From assembly GCA_964016885.1 (NCBI GenBank), contig OZ024741.1, positions 105,338,001 through 105,402,000 on the forward strand: a stretch of DNA of 64,000 nt, given 5' to 3'. Below the pieces are notes generated by a model that saw only the letters and a program-made list of their open reading frames with translations, was not told the origin of the DNA and ran no database searches. Below are positions 13,066 to 25,992 of the stretch, in pieces (the stretch's first letter is position 1; each line of letters begins with the position of its first letter). The DNA comes from Eledone cirrhosa (lineage: Eukaryota). Made by a program: the position numbers and the translations under genes.

Positions 13066-13204
13066 TATATATGTGTGTGTGTATATACAGAGAGAGAGAG
13101 ATAAAAACCCAACCTATGCGCCATGCAGTTTCAGCTTGTCACAAGCTGAAACCGCTTGACGCTGCAGTTGGGGTTTTTACATATCTCTGTGTGTGTGTAT
13201 ATAT

Positions 13205-13850
13205 ATGAGGGTGAGCTGAATAGTTCATTGGCTGGCTATGAAGGAGTGATGCTAGAGCTGTGAAATCTTGCATGCATTAATTTCAACTCTTATTAATAAC
13301 TGCATTGTTTCTTTCTAGGTAAATTGACATCTGACTGTTCAAAGAAAACAGAATTTGGCATTGTGGTGTTATATACCTGCAGAAAAAAGGGTTTATCCCT
13401 GAAAGACATTCATGCTGACATGGTTGCTACATTAGAGGATGATACTCCAGTTTTATCAACAGTGCAAAATTGGGCAGCTGAATTTAGGAGGGAAAGGGAG
13501 GGTCTTGAAGATGACCCAAGCTCTGGATGTCCTGCAATTGCCACCACCAAGGAAAACATTGATCACATGGTGGTGGATGACAGGCAATTGACTATAAATC
13601 AAATAGCCAATGCTATTAGCATATCCCATGAGAGAGTTAAGAATATTCTGCACAATGAACCTAGCATGACGAAGGTTTCTTCTCAGTGGGTGCTACATCT
13701 TCTGACACCTGATCACATGATGGAGAAATCTGATATTGTTTGAGGCAGATCCAGCTGGTTTCTTTGAACGTTTCCTAACCCAAGATGAGTGCTGGGTTCG
13801 TCATTTTGAGCCAGAGACAATTCATGATAGCCTCAGTTTTTTAAGATGAC
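13205..13850 (+). mobile_element. mariner remnant (HTH region)
   Basis: tatgagggt end; DIHADM..STVQNWAAEFRR..LEDDPSSGCP; WVLHLLT. Confidence 0.8.
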
Positions 13851-14292
13851 CTTAAAACACGTACACATACAATAAATAAAATAAATGAACAATAATAATA
13901 AAAATGAACAGACATGCATATAAGAATAGATGCTGTTGGTTTTGCCTCTAAATATTTTGAACCAGACAGAAACATTCATGAATTCACCATGGGCGTTAGT
14001 AAGGCTGAAACACTGAAACAGCTATGCACATACATATGTCATCAAATAATTCACTAAGACAAGCCACCCACAACATTAGAATGTCAGATAAAATGCTTTG
14101 CGATATATGTTCTGACTCTCTGAGTTCAAATGCCACCAAGGTCAACTCTGCCTTTCATCCCTTTGAGGTCAATATAAAAAGTACCAGTCCAGTACTGGGG
14201 TTGATTTTTCTTCTATATAGCTTTCTCTCTCTCTCTCCTCACAAAGAAATCAGCTGTGTTCAGACCTGGAGAGGGGATGGTCTCTGCCAAGT

Positions 14293-14508
14293 TTAACCCT
14301 TTAGCATTTACATTACTCTATATATATACTATTATATTTTTGTGGAAACTTTATCTTACATAATTATCTCACATAATATTGAAGCTACAGGATTTTTATC
14401 ATTTATTTTGAGAAAATACCTTAACATCAGTATGAGCAGCCAGTTAGTCAGTTTGAACAGAAAGAGGTGAGAGAATTCTGGCCAGATACAACCAATTTAA
14501 ATGCTAAA
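14293..14508. mobile_element. TTAA-type (piggyBac-like) MITE
   Basis: ttaa-ccctttagcattt...aaatgctaaa; absent from the homologous block at 36270-36360. Confidence 0.5.
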
Positions 14509-15019
14509 TTCCCAAGACATGCTGTATGTTATGACAGAACCCCTACAACTCCATCAGGAGTTATGGGTCCATATGAACAAGACAAGCCACCAACAATGAC
14601 AAAATCTTCATTGTCAGAGGCCTAGCTCTAATGTGCATACCTTGTTAAAAAAATAATGCAAAAACAAAATTCATAAACAAAAACAAAAACTTGTAACATA
14701 TTAAATTCTTTTAATACACTTCTATAAAATTTTTAATGAACCACAACAGAGCAATGTTGTATAAACACCATGCTAAACATTATAGTTACATGCAAGACAT
14801 ATACAGAGTTATAGAGTATTTGAAGTTAAAAAGAATGTGGATCTTTTGTTGCACAATAAAATATGCATGTTAAAACATAGCAAAGATAAATTCAAACAGT
14901 TAAGTGATTTTCTGTTCCAATATTACTAGAGTATTACACATAAGAGAACATTTTCATATTATGCAAAGTAAGTTGTATTGTCAAATCAATAACAACACAG
15001 AAATATGATCATGCATACA

Positions 15020-15392
15020 AGCAGCCAAATGAAGTTCCTCTGAAGGGTCTTTGGAGTAACGTTACTCAATAGAGTGCATAGATCAGAGTTATTCCAGGTA
15101 GAGCCACTACTTCTCGGAATTGAGATATTACAGCTCCAATATTTCAAACATGTGGTTAGAATGTCTCAGGAAAGAATGGCGGGATAGATTTTATGGGCAA
15201 AACCAACTAGTAGGAGACCTAGGGATAGACCCTGAGCAAGATGGTTGGATAACATCCATGAAATCAGTTGGTATCGCTTGAGGATCCAGCCAAATTAATT
15301 GGAGATGGTTGTTTCTGACAGGACCCGCTGGAAGGAGTGCTTGAGGACTCTGCCCCATACCCCTCCCAAGAATAAGTTGGCAAAGAAGAAGT
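15020..15392 (+). mobile_element. RTE family-2 3' fragment
   Basis: Homologous to 21710-22100. Confidence 0.75.
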
Positions 15393-16408
15393 TGTATTGT
15401 CACACAGATGTATATGAGAGACAAGTAAGCAGCAGTTACTGTAATATATAATTTATATGTAGGAATATACCCTATAGTTGTATCATTTCACAATACATTG
15501 TGTAGTGACAAATTCATATAATCTGAATAATTTATGAGTTAAAAGTTCAAGGAACTATTATTTCTGTTGGCAGAGAAGGGTTTCTTTCTTCAAATGAACC
15601 GCAAATTATATGATGAGTGCATACAGTGCCATGCTGCATGGTAGTGAGACATGGGCATTGAATGTAGAAGATGCATGAAGCTTACAAAGAAATGAGGTAA
15701 TTATCTTCTGCTGGATGTATAACATTAGTATGCATAAAGAAACACAAATGGGTTGAAAGAAAAAACTGCAGATAATAGAAATCAAATGTAATGCACAAAA
15801 AGTAAATAGACCTCTTTTTCTAGGGGAAAGGAGGTCTATTTCCAACGTTTTACTAATGTAAACAAAATATATGATAGAACTTCAATTTTTTTCATCTTTT
15901 TAGAAGCATCTTACCAAACAATTTGTCACATAAACTTTCTTCTTTTTCATATTCCACAAAACATAGCTTCTTTGCTTCCTGATTGTCATATTTGTCTTCA
16001 ACTATTTTAAAACTAATATATTTTCACTCTGTTACGTACAGTCAAAAAATTTAGAGCAACTAATACTTGGCACCAATAGCTCATATACCTCTCCTCCAAG
16101 TCACAATACTGAAGTTACATGACAACTTTAACAACAAAAACCATTTTGCCATCAATATTAGCTCAAGCCTATGTAGTGTACAAAAAACAACAGTACTAAA
16201 ACTTGTAATTTCCCAAATGGAGTAACATGGATTGATTTTCTTCAAGTGTTGGGAGGTTGTTATCTGACACTGCCATACTTTCTTTAATGTGTGACTACAT
16301 ATGGTTATATATGATTTTTTTATAGAATGAATTTTGATGGTTGCAATAAATACAGTGCAGCAATGCATAACTATTTCTACTGTGACTGGATTTCAACCTT
16401 GTAGTTAA

Positions 16409-17608
16409 TTATTCTTCTGTATGAATAGCTACGTGTCTAGCTAAGTGACTTTTTTGAGAGAATGATTTATCACAGATATCACAGCAATAGGGTTTTTGTT
16501 CTGCATGAATACGTTTGTGAGTAATTAAATTACTACTAACTGAGAATGATTTACCACAGATATCACAGTGATATGGCTTCTCTCCTGTATGAATGTGCTT
16601 ATGTATGGTTAAGTGGCTTCTTTGAGAGAATGATTTACTACATATCTCACAGTGATATGGCTTCTCTCCTGTATGAATACGTTTATGTTTAGTTATGAGA
16701 TTTATTTGAGAGAATGATTTACCACAGATATCACAGTGATATGGTTTTTCTCCTGTATGAATACGTTTGTGTTTAGTTAGGTGAGTTTTTTGAGAAAATG
16801 ATTTATTACAGATATTGCAATGATATGGAGTCTCTCCTGTATGTGTTCGTTTGTGAGTAGTTAAGGTATTTCCATGAGAGAACGAATCACCACAGACATC
16901 ACAGAGATAAGGTTTCTCCTTTGTATGAATACGCATGTGAGTAGTTAAATGATGTCTGAGAGAGAATGATTTACCACAAATATCACAGTGATATGGTCTA
17001 TTTCCTGTATGAATGTGTTTGTGTTTAGTTAAGTTCAGCTTTCCAGAGAAGGATTTACCACAGATATCACAGTGATATGGCTTCTCTTGTGTATGAATTT
17101 GTCTGTGAGTAATTAAATCCTCATTTTGAGAGAAAGATCTCCCACAGATATCACAGTGATATGGCGTTTGTTTTGCATGAACACATTTGTGTTTAGTTAA
17201 GTAACTTCTTTGAGAGAATGGTTCACCACAGATATCACAGTGATATGGCATCTTTCCCATATGAATATCTTTGTGAGTAGTTAAACTCTTTTCTTCTGAG
17301 AATGATTTACCACATATATCACAGTGGTATTGTTGCTCTCTTGTATGAATTTGTTTGTGTCTACTTAAGTGACTTCCATCAGAGAATGATTTACTGCAGA
17401 TAATGCAGTGGTATGGTTTTTCTCCTGTATGGATACGTTTGTGCCTAGTTAAGTGGCTGCTATCAGAAAATGATTTACCACAAATAGCACAGCAAAATGG
17501 TTTCTCACCTGTGTGAATACGTTTGTGTGTAGTTAGGTGACCTTTCTGAGAGAATGTATTTTTACAGACATCACAATGATATGATGCTTTTCCTATCTCT
17601 TTTGACAT
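16409..17608 (-). CDS. C2H2 zinc-finger protein (ZNF-1), 14 tandem fingers, no effector domain
   Basis: 399-aa ORF made of CxxC-x12-HxxxH repeats with TGEKPY linkers; acceptor ttattatttcag at 18085 upstream. Confidence 0.95.
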   Translation of the reverse strand: MSKEIGKASYHCDVCKNTFSQKGHLTTHKRIHTGEKPFCCAICGKSFSDSSHLTRHKRIHTGEKPYHCIICSKSFSDGSHLSRHKQIHTREQQYHCDICGKSFSEEKSLTTHKDIHMGKMPYHCDICGEPFSQRSYLTKHKCVHAKQTPYHCDICGRSFSQNEDLITHRQIHTQEKPYHCDICGKSFSGKLNLTKHKHIHTGNRPYHCDICGKSFSLRHHLTTHMRIHTKEKPYLCDVCGDSFSHGNTLTTHKRTHTGETPYHCNICNKSFSQKTHLTKHKRIHTGEKPYHCDICGKSFSQINLITKHKRIHTGEKPYHCEICSKSFSQRSHLTIHKHIHTGEKPYHCDICGKSFSVSSNLITHKRIHAEQKPYCCDICDKSFSQKSHLARHVAIHTEE

Positions 17609-18624
17609 TTATTCAGGGGAAATAAAACAGTAAATTCTTTAAACTTTTTATACCAAAACACCCCTGCTTTTATGATACAAAGCAGTTTATTTTCAAGTAT
17701 TTATATTTCTCTGAAAATGTTCCAGCACAATTCTATATGGGAAAGTTTATTAAGTTATGCACCAAACACCAACATAATCATGAGAAAGTTAGTTATATTA
17801 CTTAATCCCCACATATTCTTTGAAAATCATAGGCAGTGTCTATCATTAGAAATATAATACCAAAAGGATTAAGCTTTCTCAATTCATTTTTCCATAATTT
17901 TCCTTTTCTCACAACAATATAAAGATGTTTTTGTTTTTTGTTTTTATATTTCAGACAGTGAAGAAATATTTCACAGTAATTCTACCAAATATGATATCTC
18001 TTCTGCATAACTTCTTCCTTTAGTCTAAATATTGATAATGTATCAGATGTAAAGAATTCTTTAATGCCAATGTCATCTGATATCCTGAAATAATAAAGAA
18101 ACAGTATAAGATATAGAGAATACTAAACATGTATCAATTTAACACTGGAAATTTTACTACATTTCTATATTGATAATAACCTTGTGTAGAGTCTACATAT
18201 TTGTAGGCTACAGCTAAACCTTCAGATTGTGGGACATTATATATATTTGTGTGTGTGAGTGTATGTATATGTATATATATATACATATATATATATATGA
18301 GAAATTAGGTCAGAGGACCTTGATTCAAAATCAGTTCCATGTATGTATACGAATCAAGGTCCTCTGACCTGATCTCTCACGAAGGGACTGCCCGTCCTAC
18401 TCATGCTAGCATAGAAAATGGACGTTAAACGATGATGATGATGATATATATATGTGTGTGTATGTGTGTGTATCATCATCATCATTGCTTAACGCCCATT
18501 TTCCACGCTAGCATGAGTTAGACAGGTTGTCCCATTAGAGGCAAGCTGAGTCAGGTGACCATGTCTTGTTCATGCAGGACTGTTTCTGGCTAGATTTCTA
18601 CAGCTGGATGCCTTTCCTAATGCT

Positions 18625-18830
18625 AACCATATTTACAGTGTGTGCTGGGTGCTTTTTGTCGTGACTCCTACAAAACCACTTTACAGTGTGGGTCGGGTGC
18701 TTTTTGTCGTGACACCTACACGACCACTTTACAATGTGGACTGGGTGCTTTTGTCGTGACTCCTACATGACCACTTTACAGTGTGGGCTGGATGTTTTTT
18801 GTGATACCAACATGCCTTTACAGTGTAAGG
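18625..18830 (+). repeat. ~48-bp tandem repeat grown from a SINE-B segment (similar array at 52335-52470)
   Basis: ccactttacagtgtgggctgggtgctttttgtcgtgactcctaca about 4 copies. Confidence 0.85.
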
Positions 18831-19018
18831 GTAGTGTGGAGGCGTGAGTGTGTATGAAAGGGGTATCTCTGAATGTGTCCAGCCAAGCGGCACCGGCACT
18901 TTGTGACCATCCCCTGCAGCGTCCGCTGGTGGAATGCTTTCAGCCGTCACTCTATCTTTGCCGTGCTCTTCCAGGTTTCGCGTAAAACACTGTCGGCAGC
19001 ACGATGCTCTTGAAGGGG

Positions 19019-19068
<50 letters not shown>

Positions 19069-19795
19069 ATTCATACACGTAACAAGAATTGTGCAATACA
19101 TGTTACGTGTATGAATAATATTTTTGCTGTATACTCTCGGTTCTAGAATAATCAACGGAGAGAACCTAGAAAAATTACCTGTTATCCAACATCCCCCACC
19201 CTGCGTATTCCAAACCCACCCCCATTATTTGGGGGCCCGAGAGTACATATAAATCTGTGTGTGAACTAAAGAATAGTGGATAACATTACTCTCTCTCTCA
19301 TCATGGTAATTTGGCTCTAAGTTAGTCCATTACTAAGCAGAAATATTATCAAAGACAAATGTTCTACAATATTCATAAGAGATCAAACAAACATTATATT
19401 GAAGAATGAAGTAATTATATTATTTATTACCAACATGAAATAGGAATGAATGGCGTAAACATTTCCGACTTCTATGTTAAGCCTACTAAAAACACATCGA
19501 AAGTATTCAGCGAATGAAAGCATTAACCAACGTAACTATATATAAAAATAAAGTATTAAAAAACTTAAATCATTTATTTTTTAAATTTCATCAACGTAAT
19601 CTCAATCTACACAATTGAAAACATATTTCTGCAAAGTTTCATTAAAAATATATATTAAGAAATCTTAGAAGAAAACAAATCTCGGTTACTAAACTGTAGT
19701 AATAGTTACATAATTACTGTATCGTAGAAAGGTGCATGTTATTCTAATATTTGCATACATTATTACAGACTTAAAATAAATATTTGTCAACTTAC

Positions 19796-19910
19796 TGTTT
19801 TCACATGCAAAATCTAAGTTAATTCTCGATAGAAAAAAACATCGACATTTTCATATTATGAAAGTTATTGCCCTTTATTTGGTTTATTTCGCCAATTATC
19901 CGATAGAGGG
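19796..19910 (-). promoter_or_regulatory. Putative promoter and non-coding exon 1 of ZNF-1 (intron 19795-18085)
   Basis: Motif aaataaaccaaataaagggcaataact followed by donor catgtgaaaaca|gtaagt; homologous units at about 6560, 25430 and 47720. Confidence 0.6.
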
Positions 19911-20469
19911 CAATACGAGTTGATTGTCGGTGTTGAGATTTTCACTGATTTTGCTAACTTCGATTTTGACTTTATCTTATCTCATATATTTATCATTTCT
20001 ACTATACTGATGTATTTGTTCTGGCTCTTCAAACCCCGTTGGGATCAACTTTGCCGTTCATTCTTCCTAGGTTGATAAAATAAAGTACCAATCGAATACT
20101 GGGATTAATTTATCGTCCCCCCCCTCCCCACCTCACAAATAGCTATCCTTGTTTCAAAAGCGAACTTAAAATGCTTTCACATGTCCAACAAAAATCGTGA
20201 TTCATGTGTAGCAAAGAGAATAGCCTGGAGAAATGACATTTGGAATAGGTTTAAAGCATTTGAAATAGAGACGGTAAAACATGCAGAACTGAAAAGAAAA
20301 GTGTAGAAGAATGAGATCAACAGTAATAACGATGAATTATGAATTTTATCCAGCATTTGTTTTCAAATGCCCTGTGTTACCCAAAGTGTACCTTTCAAAC
20401 GCTGGCTTGAAGTCACACCAACGATCACATGATGGTAAAGTCCAGAGTAACAAGATTCAGTATTTAGCT

Positions 20470-22100
20470 TTTATAGAATGAATATAGAGAAGGTATTCTC
20501 TAGCTGACTCGTGTGTGGTGGGTGGCCTGGATCATTGGAAAGGCACCTAAGCAATGGCTATCGGGAGTGATAATCCCAATGTTCAAAAAGGGAGACAAGA
20601 GAGATTGTTTCAATTACAGAAGGTTCTCCTTGTTAAACCTCCCCGGCAAAGTCTATACTAAGTGTCTGGCAAAGAGATGCAGGGAGATTGTCCAGTCCGA
20701 GCTAGTTGATGAACAGCGTAATTTTCGCCCCGGACGCAGCACAGCCGACAAATGTTCACACTGCGGCAGGTATTCGAGAAATCGTGGGAGTATTACCAAG
20801 AGGTATATTCTTGTTTTGTCGACCTTGAGAAGGCATATGACTGCGTTCTTTGGGACCTGCTGTGGAAGGTTGTGTAGGCGTGTGGGATTGATGGTCAGCT
20901 CCTTGCTGCTCTGATGTCTCTATAGGAATGCCCGAGTATTTGTGTTCGAATAAATGGTACTAAATCGAAACCATTTAATGTGGGAGTCGGACTCCACCAG
21001 GGTGCGAACTATCACCTCTCCTGTTCATTATTTACATGAATTGGCAGTATCGGTAGAGGCTCGGACATGCTTTCCAGCATAGTTACGTCCCTTTATGATC
21101 TGAGTTCAAATCCCGCCGAGGTTAACTTTGCCTTTCATCCATACGGGGTCGATAAAATAAAGTACCAGTAATGTACTGGGTAATTGCTGGCCTTGTGCCA
21201 AAAGTAGAAACAATTATTTACATGAACAGGATTCACATGCGCAGCTGCGTTGGAAGTGGTATCATGAAAGGCAGGTGTAAAATCAGTCGACTAGAATTTG
21301 CAGACTACATGGCATTACTTAACTCGACAGAAGATGATGCTCGACTTGCACTTGATATGTTTAATGCCGAGTGCTGCATGGCTGGAATGAAAATCAGTGC
21401 TGCGAAAACTGAGGTACTCGTTCTCTCAAGGAAGCCTTCGCAGTGCACTCTACATGTGAAAAGAGTTCCACTAAAGCAGGTAGAGAAGTTTATGTATCTC
21501 GAGACCGGGTTCACGAGTGATGGAAGGCAGGGGGCTGAATTAAGTGCAAGAATTGCAAAATCTGGTGCAGTTATGCGCTAGCTTCAACATTCAATAATTA
21601 GAAGGGAGGTAGGCGTAAAAGCCAAACTCGCTATCTTCAGTTCGGTTTTCGTGCCAACCCTTACTTATTGTTATGAATCTTGAGTAATGACCGAAAGAAT
21701 ACTATCGCGAATACAAGCGGCTGAAATGGGATTCCTCCGAAGGGGTCTTAGGAGTAAATTTACTCGATTAAGTACGTAGTTCGGAGATCAAAGAATCGCT
21801 CCAGGTAGAACAGTTACGTCTCCGAATTGAGAGATCACAGCTCCGATACTATAGGCATGTGGTTAGAATGTCTCAAGAAAGAATCGCTGGACAGATTTTC
21901 CGAGCAAAACCAATCGGAAAGAGATCCATGAGTGGACCCCAAGCAAGATGGTTGGATAACATCCATGAGCTTGGCTGGTTGCGCTAGGGGATCCAGCCGG
22001 GTCAGTTGGAGACGGTTGATTCTGACTACCTGCTGGAAGGAGTGTTTGAGGACTCTGCGCCCACATCCCTCTCAGGAATAAGTGAGCGAAGAAGAAGAAA
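20470..22100 (+). mobile_element. RTE-clade LINE (family 2) with nested SINE
   Basis: IIPMFKKGDK..NYR, FRPGRST, FADY, VEKFMYL, (GAA)n tail. Confidence 0.85.
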
Positions 22101-22193
22101 ATGAATATATATATATATATATACAATTGGAAAACTAGGAAAATCTGCTTCATTTTCATTTTTACTTCTTTATACTTTTATTATTGTTTAGTA

Positions 22194-22383
22194 GGGCGGT
22201 GAATTGGCAGTATCGGTAGAGGGTTGGACGCCATGCTTTCTAGCATAGTTACGTCCCTTTACAGTCTGAGTTCAAATCCCGCCGAGGTTAACTTTGCCTT
22301 TCATCCTTACGGGGTCGATAAAATAAAGTACCAGTAATGTACTGGGTAATTTGCTGGCCTTGTGCCTAAAGTAGAAACAATTA
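22194..22383 (+). mobile_element. tRNA-derived SINE family A, full length (other copies at ~9645, 21040, 24103-, 27920-, 29635-, 48065, 59138-, 62505-)
   Basis: A-box tggcagtatcgg, B-box gagttcaaatccc, body aactttgcctttcatccttacggggtcgataaaataaagtaccag, (ATT)n tail. Confidence 0.85.
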
Positions 22384-22465
22384 TTGTTTAGTATCTTTCG
22401 TTATTGATATTATTGTTTTCATTCACTTGATTCTCTGATGTATCTATAAATACCAATGCCATGTG

Positions 22466-22581
22466 TTACACTCCGATGATTTGATCAGAGACACACTGTA
22501 TTTAAGGTCGAGTGACGCAATTTCTCGTGGTTAGCGGCCTTTAGACTCACCTGATCAATGAAACAATTGTTAATACTGTAA
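22466..22581 (+). ncRNA. Decayed hammerhead motif
   Basis: CCGATGA (one core change)-t-ttgatcag...ctgatcaa-t-GAAA-caattg-TT; palindromic loop 3; helix I poor; aataaa follows. Confidence 0.45.
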
Positions 22582-22912
22582 ATAAAACTCTTTTTGTACA
22601 GCCGACCATGTTATTCTTCACTCTTTCACTACTATTACTCCAAGAATGACTTGCATGGGAACTCTCGCAAACTCGCTACCTAACAAAGGAAAGTTCTTGT
22701 TGAGTCAAACAACGCCGTACGTTAAAACTATTCATAGTACAGAGTACTCATAACCTCTAACTGGATTACCTAAAACGATATATATACTTTGTTTTTGAAT
22801 TTGTTTTGCAAGATTTCTTATCTGAAAATGTGTGTTGAAATAGATATTGTTATACTTTGAAAGAGTCATGCTGCCAATAAAAAAACACACGCACCTGTTG
22901 GTTTTACTTCAA

Positions 22913-23827
22913 TCTATATATATAAAACTGTGGTTGTCTGTCTGTCTATCGATTTTTGGCACATCTCCTCTTAGAATCTCTCACGGAATTGCACCGAAAT
23001 TGCTATACTTGTACATTGAGCCCTAGCGAAGACATCGGAAAAAAAAAAAATTTCAAATTGACCCGCCCTATGTGACGAAATCGAATATAATGTATCGATT
23101 TTTGAGCGTAAGTTATCAGTTATTTCCCTTTGTTCTGTTTACATTGAGCGTCTTACGTAAAAAATTACGCTGGCTTTCTCAGCGTTTAAAATGACATTAA
23201 CACAATACACGAACAGACAGTTGTCGAGCCAGCAAAATATTGACCTGCAAAATTCATCAGTTCGAACACTAAGCTTCTGTTTTGCTTCATTTCCATTTAA
23301 AAGCATTTTAAAACAATATTTTTACTTGAAAACAAGTCTATTTAAAGACTACGTAAAACAAGCAAATATTTCGTCGTTAGGCGTGCAGACAGACAGTTGT
23401 GCAGACAGACAGTCGTGCAGAGAGGTGATATACGCGTGCAGACAGATAGTCGTGCAGAGAGGTGATATAGGCGTGCAGACAGATAGTCGTGCAGAGAGGT
23501 GATATAGGCGTGCAGACAGACATAACTGATAATTTGGTTACGCTAATGTTTTTCTCTGCGTTGCAGTGTTTACATTTTCGATCTTTGTTAATAAATAACC
23601 AGTGCAGTTTCTATCACCAGCATCCTCTTTTGTTATAACATTCGGGTTATCGTTATGTTTTCTTAACTTCATAAGGCATATTGTTGGTTGAGGGAATATT
23701 AATCAAAAACACCACATGCAAGTCTGCACAGTAGACACTACAGTTTTTAAGCCAAGAAAGAAACTTAACATTGTAACTTTAACACAGCTACTGAGCGACC
23801 CCGAGCAACGCCGGGCTTTACTGCTAG
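22913..23827 (+). mobile_element. Non-autonomous Helitron
   Basis: A^TCtatatatataaaa start, subterminal hairpin cccg-agcaacgc-cggg, CTAG^T end, no TSD; splits an older repeat. Confidence 0.85.
23382..23520 (+). repeat. ~37-bp minisatellite inside the Helitron
   Basis: gcgtgcagacagatagtcgtgcagagaggtgatatag about 3.5 copies. Confidence 0.9.
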
Positions 23828-24289
23828 TTTATTATAAATTTCCGGTTGGTTCGATAACCGGATGGTTGTTTATATATTGTCAAAGCTCTTTCGTCACATA
23901 TTCTGAGACATACTCAGTGACTGGGTTTTTATTTTGTGTCTCTACTTTGTTCTGTCCTACACCATCTTGTTTTGGAAGATATCACCAAACTGTGAAAAAA
24001 TCTTTCCAACTCACAAAAACATGGAAGAACTAGAAATAAACAAATATAAAGAGTTCAACAATAATAGATTAGCTGGTTAGTAAGGGATATTTATTTATAA
24101 TAATTATTTCTACTTTAGGCACAAGGCCAGCAATTACCCAGTGCATTACTGGTACTTTATTTTATCGACCCCGTAAGGATGAAAGGCAAAGTCAACCTCG
24201 GCGGGATTTGAACTCAGATCGTAAAGGGACGTAACTATGCTGGAAAGCATGGTGTCTGACCCTCTACCGATACGGCCAATCCACATAAT

Positions 24290-25397
24290 AATGAAATATA
24301 TGAGTCTTTGTTTGAAATAAGTTGGCAAAGGCGCTGGTCCATGGAACATGTTAATTTCTGGATCTCCTCTGGTGTTATACCATAAAATACATCCACTATT
24401 GGCTGCCAGAGTTTATCCTTGCTCCTAAATTGGTGTCCATTCTCGTAAACTCCACAAGTTTTTTATTGGGTTTAAGTCGGAGGAACAAGCAGGCTACTTC
24501 ATCTTCGAAGGCCCACAGAAACCTAATTGTTGCAGATACTCTGTAGTTTTCTTCGCTGAATGCAAGGGCGCATTATCTTGCACGAATATTATGGTTGTCT
24601 TGAAGGTGATCCTTTGCTTTTTTAACCAAGGTTCAAGGTGCTCCCACAGAAAGGCACTTTCCAAAGAACAACCATAAAACCTGCCCAAATCATGATGCCT
24701 CCTCCTCATTGTTGGCATCTCAAGCATTGATGACGATCTTGTCCATTTACAACCCATCCCTTATTCTAACCATCAGGTTCATCAAGTGTAGCACGAGTTT
24801 CGTCCGTAAGCAAAACGTTTGAAGAGTCGACCTTCTTCTGCCCATTTCAGACTATTTTGTGTGTATTTTGTTTAAAGGAGACCTTTTAACTGATGTCAAT
24901 GGTTTACTGACCTTTTTCAGAAGACGACATCGGGTAGTTCTGGACACAGTTGTTTCGCCAATGCGCTTGAAAGACATGGGTTCTTTACAGCTTCACGCTT
25001 AATTCGTGACAGAAAACGTTGAGAAACGGCTCTCTTACTTATGTTCGTAAGAGCCGTAACAATTTTTTAAAGTTTGGTGATATCTTCCTATTATTTTAGA
25101 TATTCCTAATGCTGATTTGCCTTTTGCAGCTTCAGAAGTAATAATAGATTTCTCTGAAGCAGTTAAAGCACATTTACACGATTATCAGACCACTTGTTAA
25201 TAATTTGGAACACTGAAAGTTCGTGGAAATCATGCAAATTGCCGCAGTTTATTTACACTTGCGCAAAACCTCACGATTTTTACACACCACACGCGTATAA
25301 CCATTGCCATGATTCTGTGGAAATTCAGTGAATTCCAACAAGCAGTTTTTAAATTAAATAAAAAAGTTTTACGTCGTTAATATTTTGAAACGCACTG
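24290..25397 (-). mobile_element. Tc1-like transposon remnant
   Basis: TA-cagtgcgtttcaaaatatt end at 25397; LLTDE..TLDEPDG, FVQDNAPLH, DLNPIKNLW. Confidence 0.8.
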
Positions 25398-25414
25398 TAT
25401 ATGGAGAGAGATCC

Positions 25415-25496
25415 CGTCAAAATTGACCAAATAAACCGTATAAAGGGGAATAACTACCACAGCTATATCTCAAGCACTGACACATTGTTTTACACG
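25415..25496 (+). promoter_or_regulatory. Putative distal promoter and exon 1 of ZNF-2
   Basis: aaataaaccgtataaaggggaataact, donor ttttacacg|gtaagt at 25497, then conserved intron motif gtgaacatttctacgatacagta. Confidence 0.55.
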
Positions 25497-25992
25497 GTAA
25501 GTGGAAAAACATTAATTTTAAGTCTCTAATAATGTTTGTAAATAATAGAATTATGTGAACATTTCTACGATACAGTATTTATATAGAAGCGAAATCATAA
25601 TAAAGTTGGGAAAGGATTTTTCCTCGTCCTGACTTTAACATACAGGATAATACTTCTTAACTGTAATTAGTTTATCATATATTTTTATTCCTATGATACT
25701 CGTTTCTATTTTATTAAATATAATTAATCATTGCTCGGAACACTATAAATATAATGCACAAGAATCAAAGCGAGAGAGAGAAAACAAAAAAACAAAAAAG
25801 CATCAGTTTACCACCAAGTGCGCCAATCTATTTTATTAATTTTATTCCTTATTAATATTTTTTTATCATTTATATTTTATTACTATTTATATCATCGCTA
25901 TTATTATTCCTTTATCAATACTTTTTATGTATGAATAAAATATACGCTATAGGCTTATCTGTGTGTAGTTTATATGTATGCATGGTCCTGTA

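Noticed and set aside
14090-14580. Homology with 36090-36365 as a shared ZNF 3' region
   Set aside because: Opposite orientation relative to the two genes; better explained as a dispersed SINE-associated repeat
18625-18830. Regularly spaced repeats resembling a CRISPR array (also 23382-23520 and 49720-50370)
   Set aside because: No unique spacers, no cas genes, eukaryotic context; TE-internal tandem repeats
22194-22285. tRNA-like A and B boxes
   Set aside because: SINE heads; no complete cloverleaf
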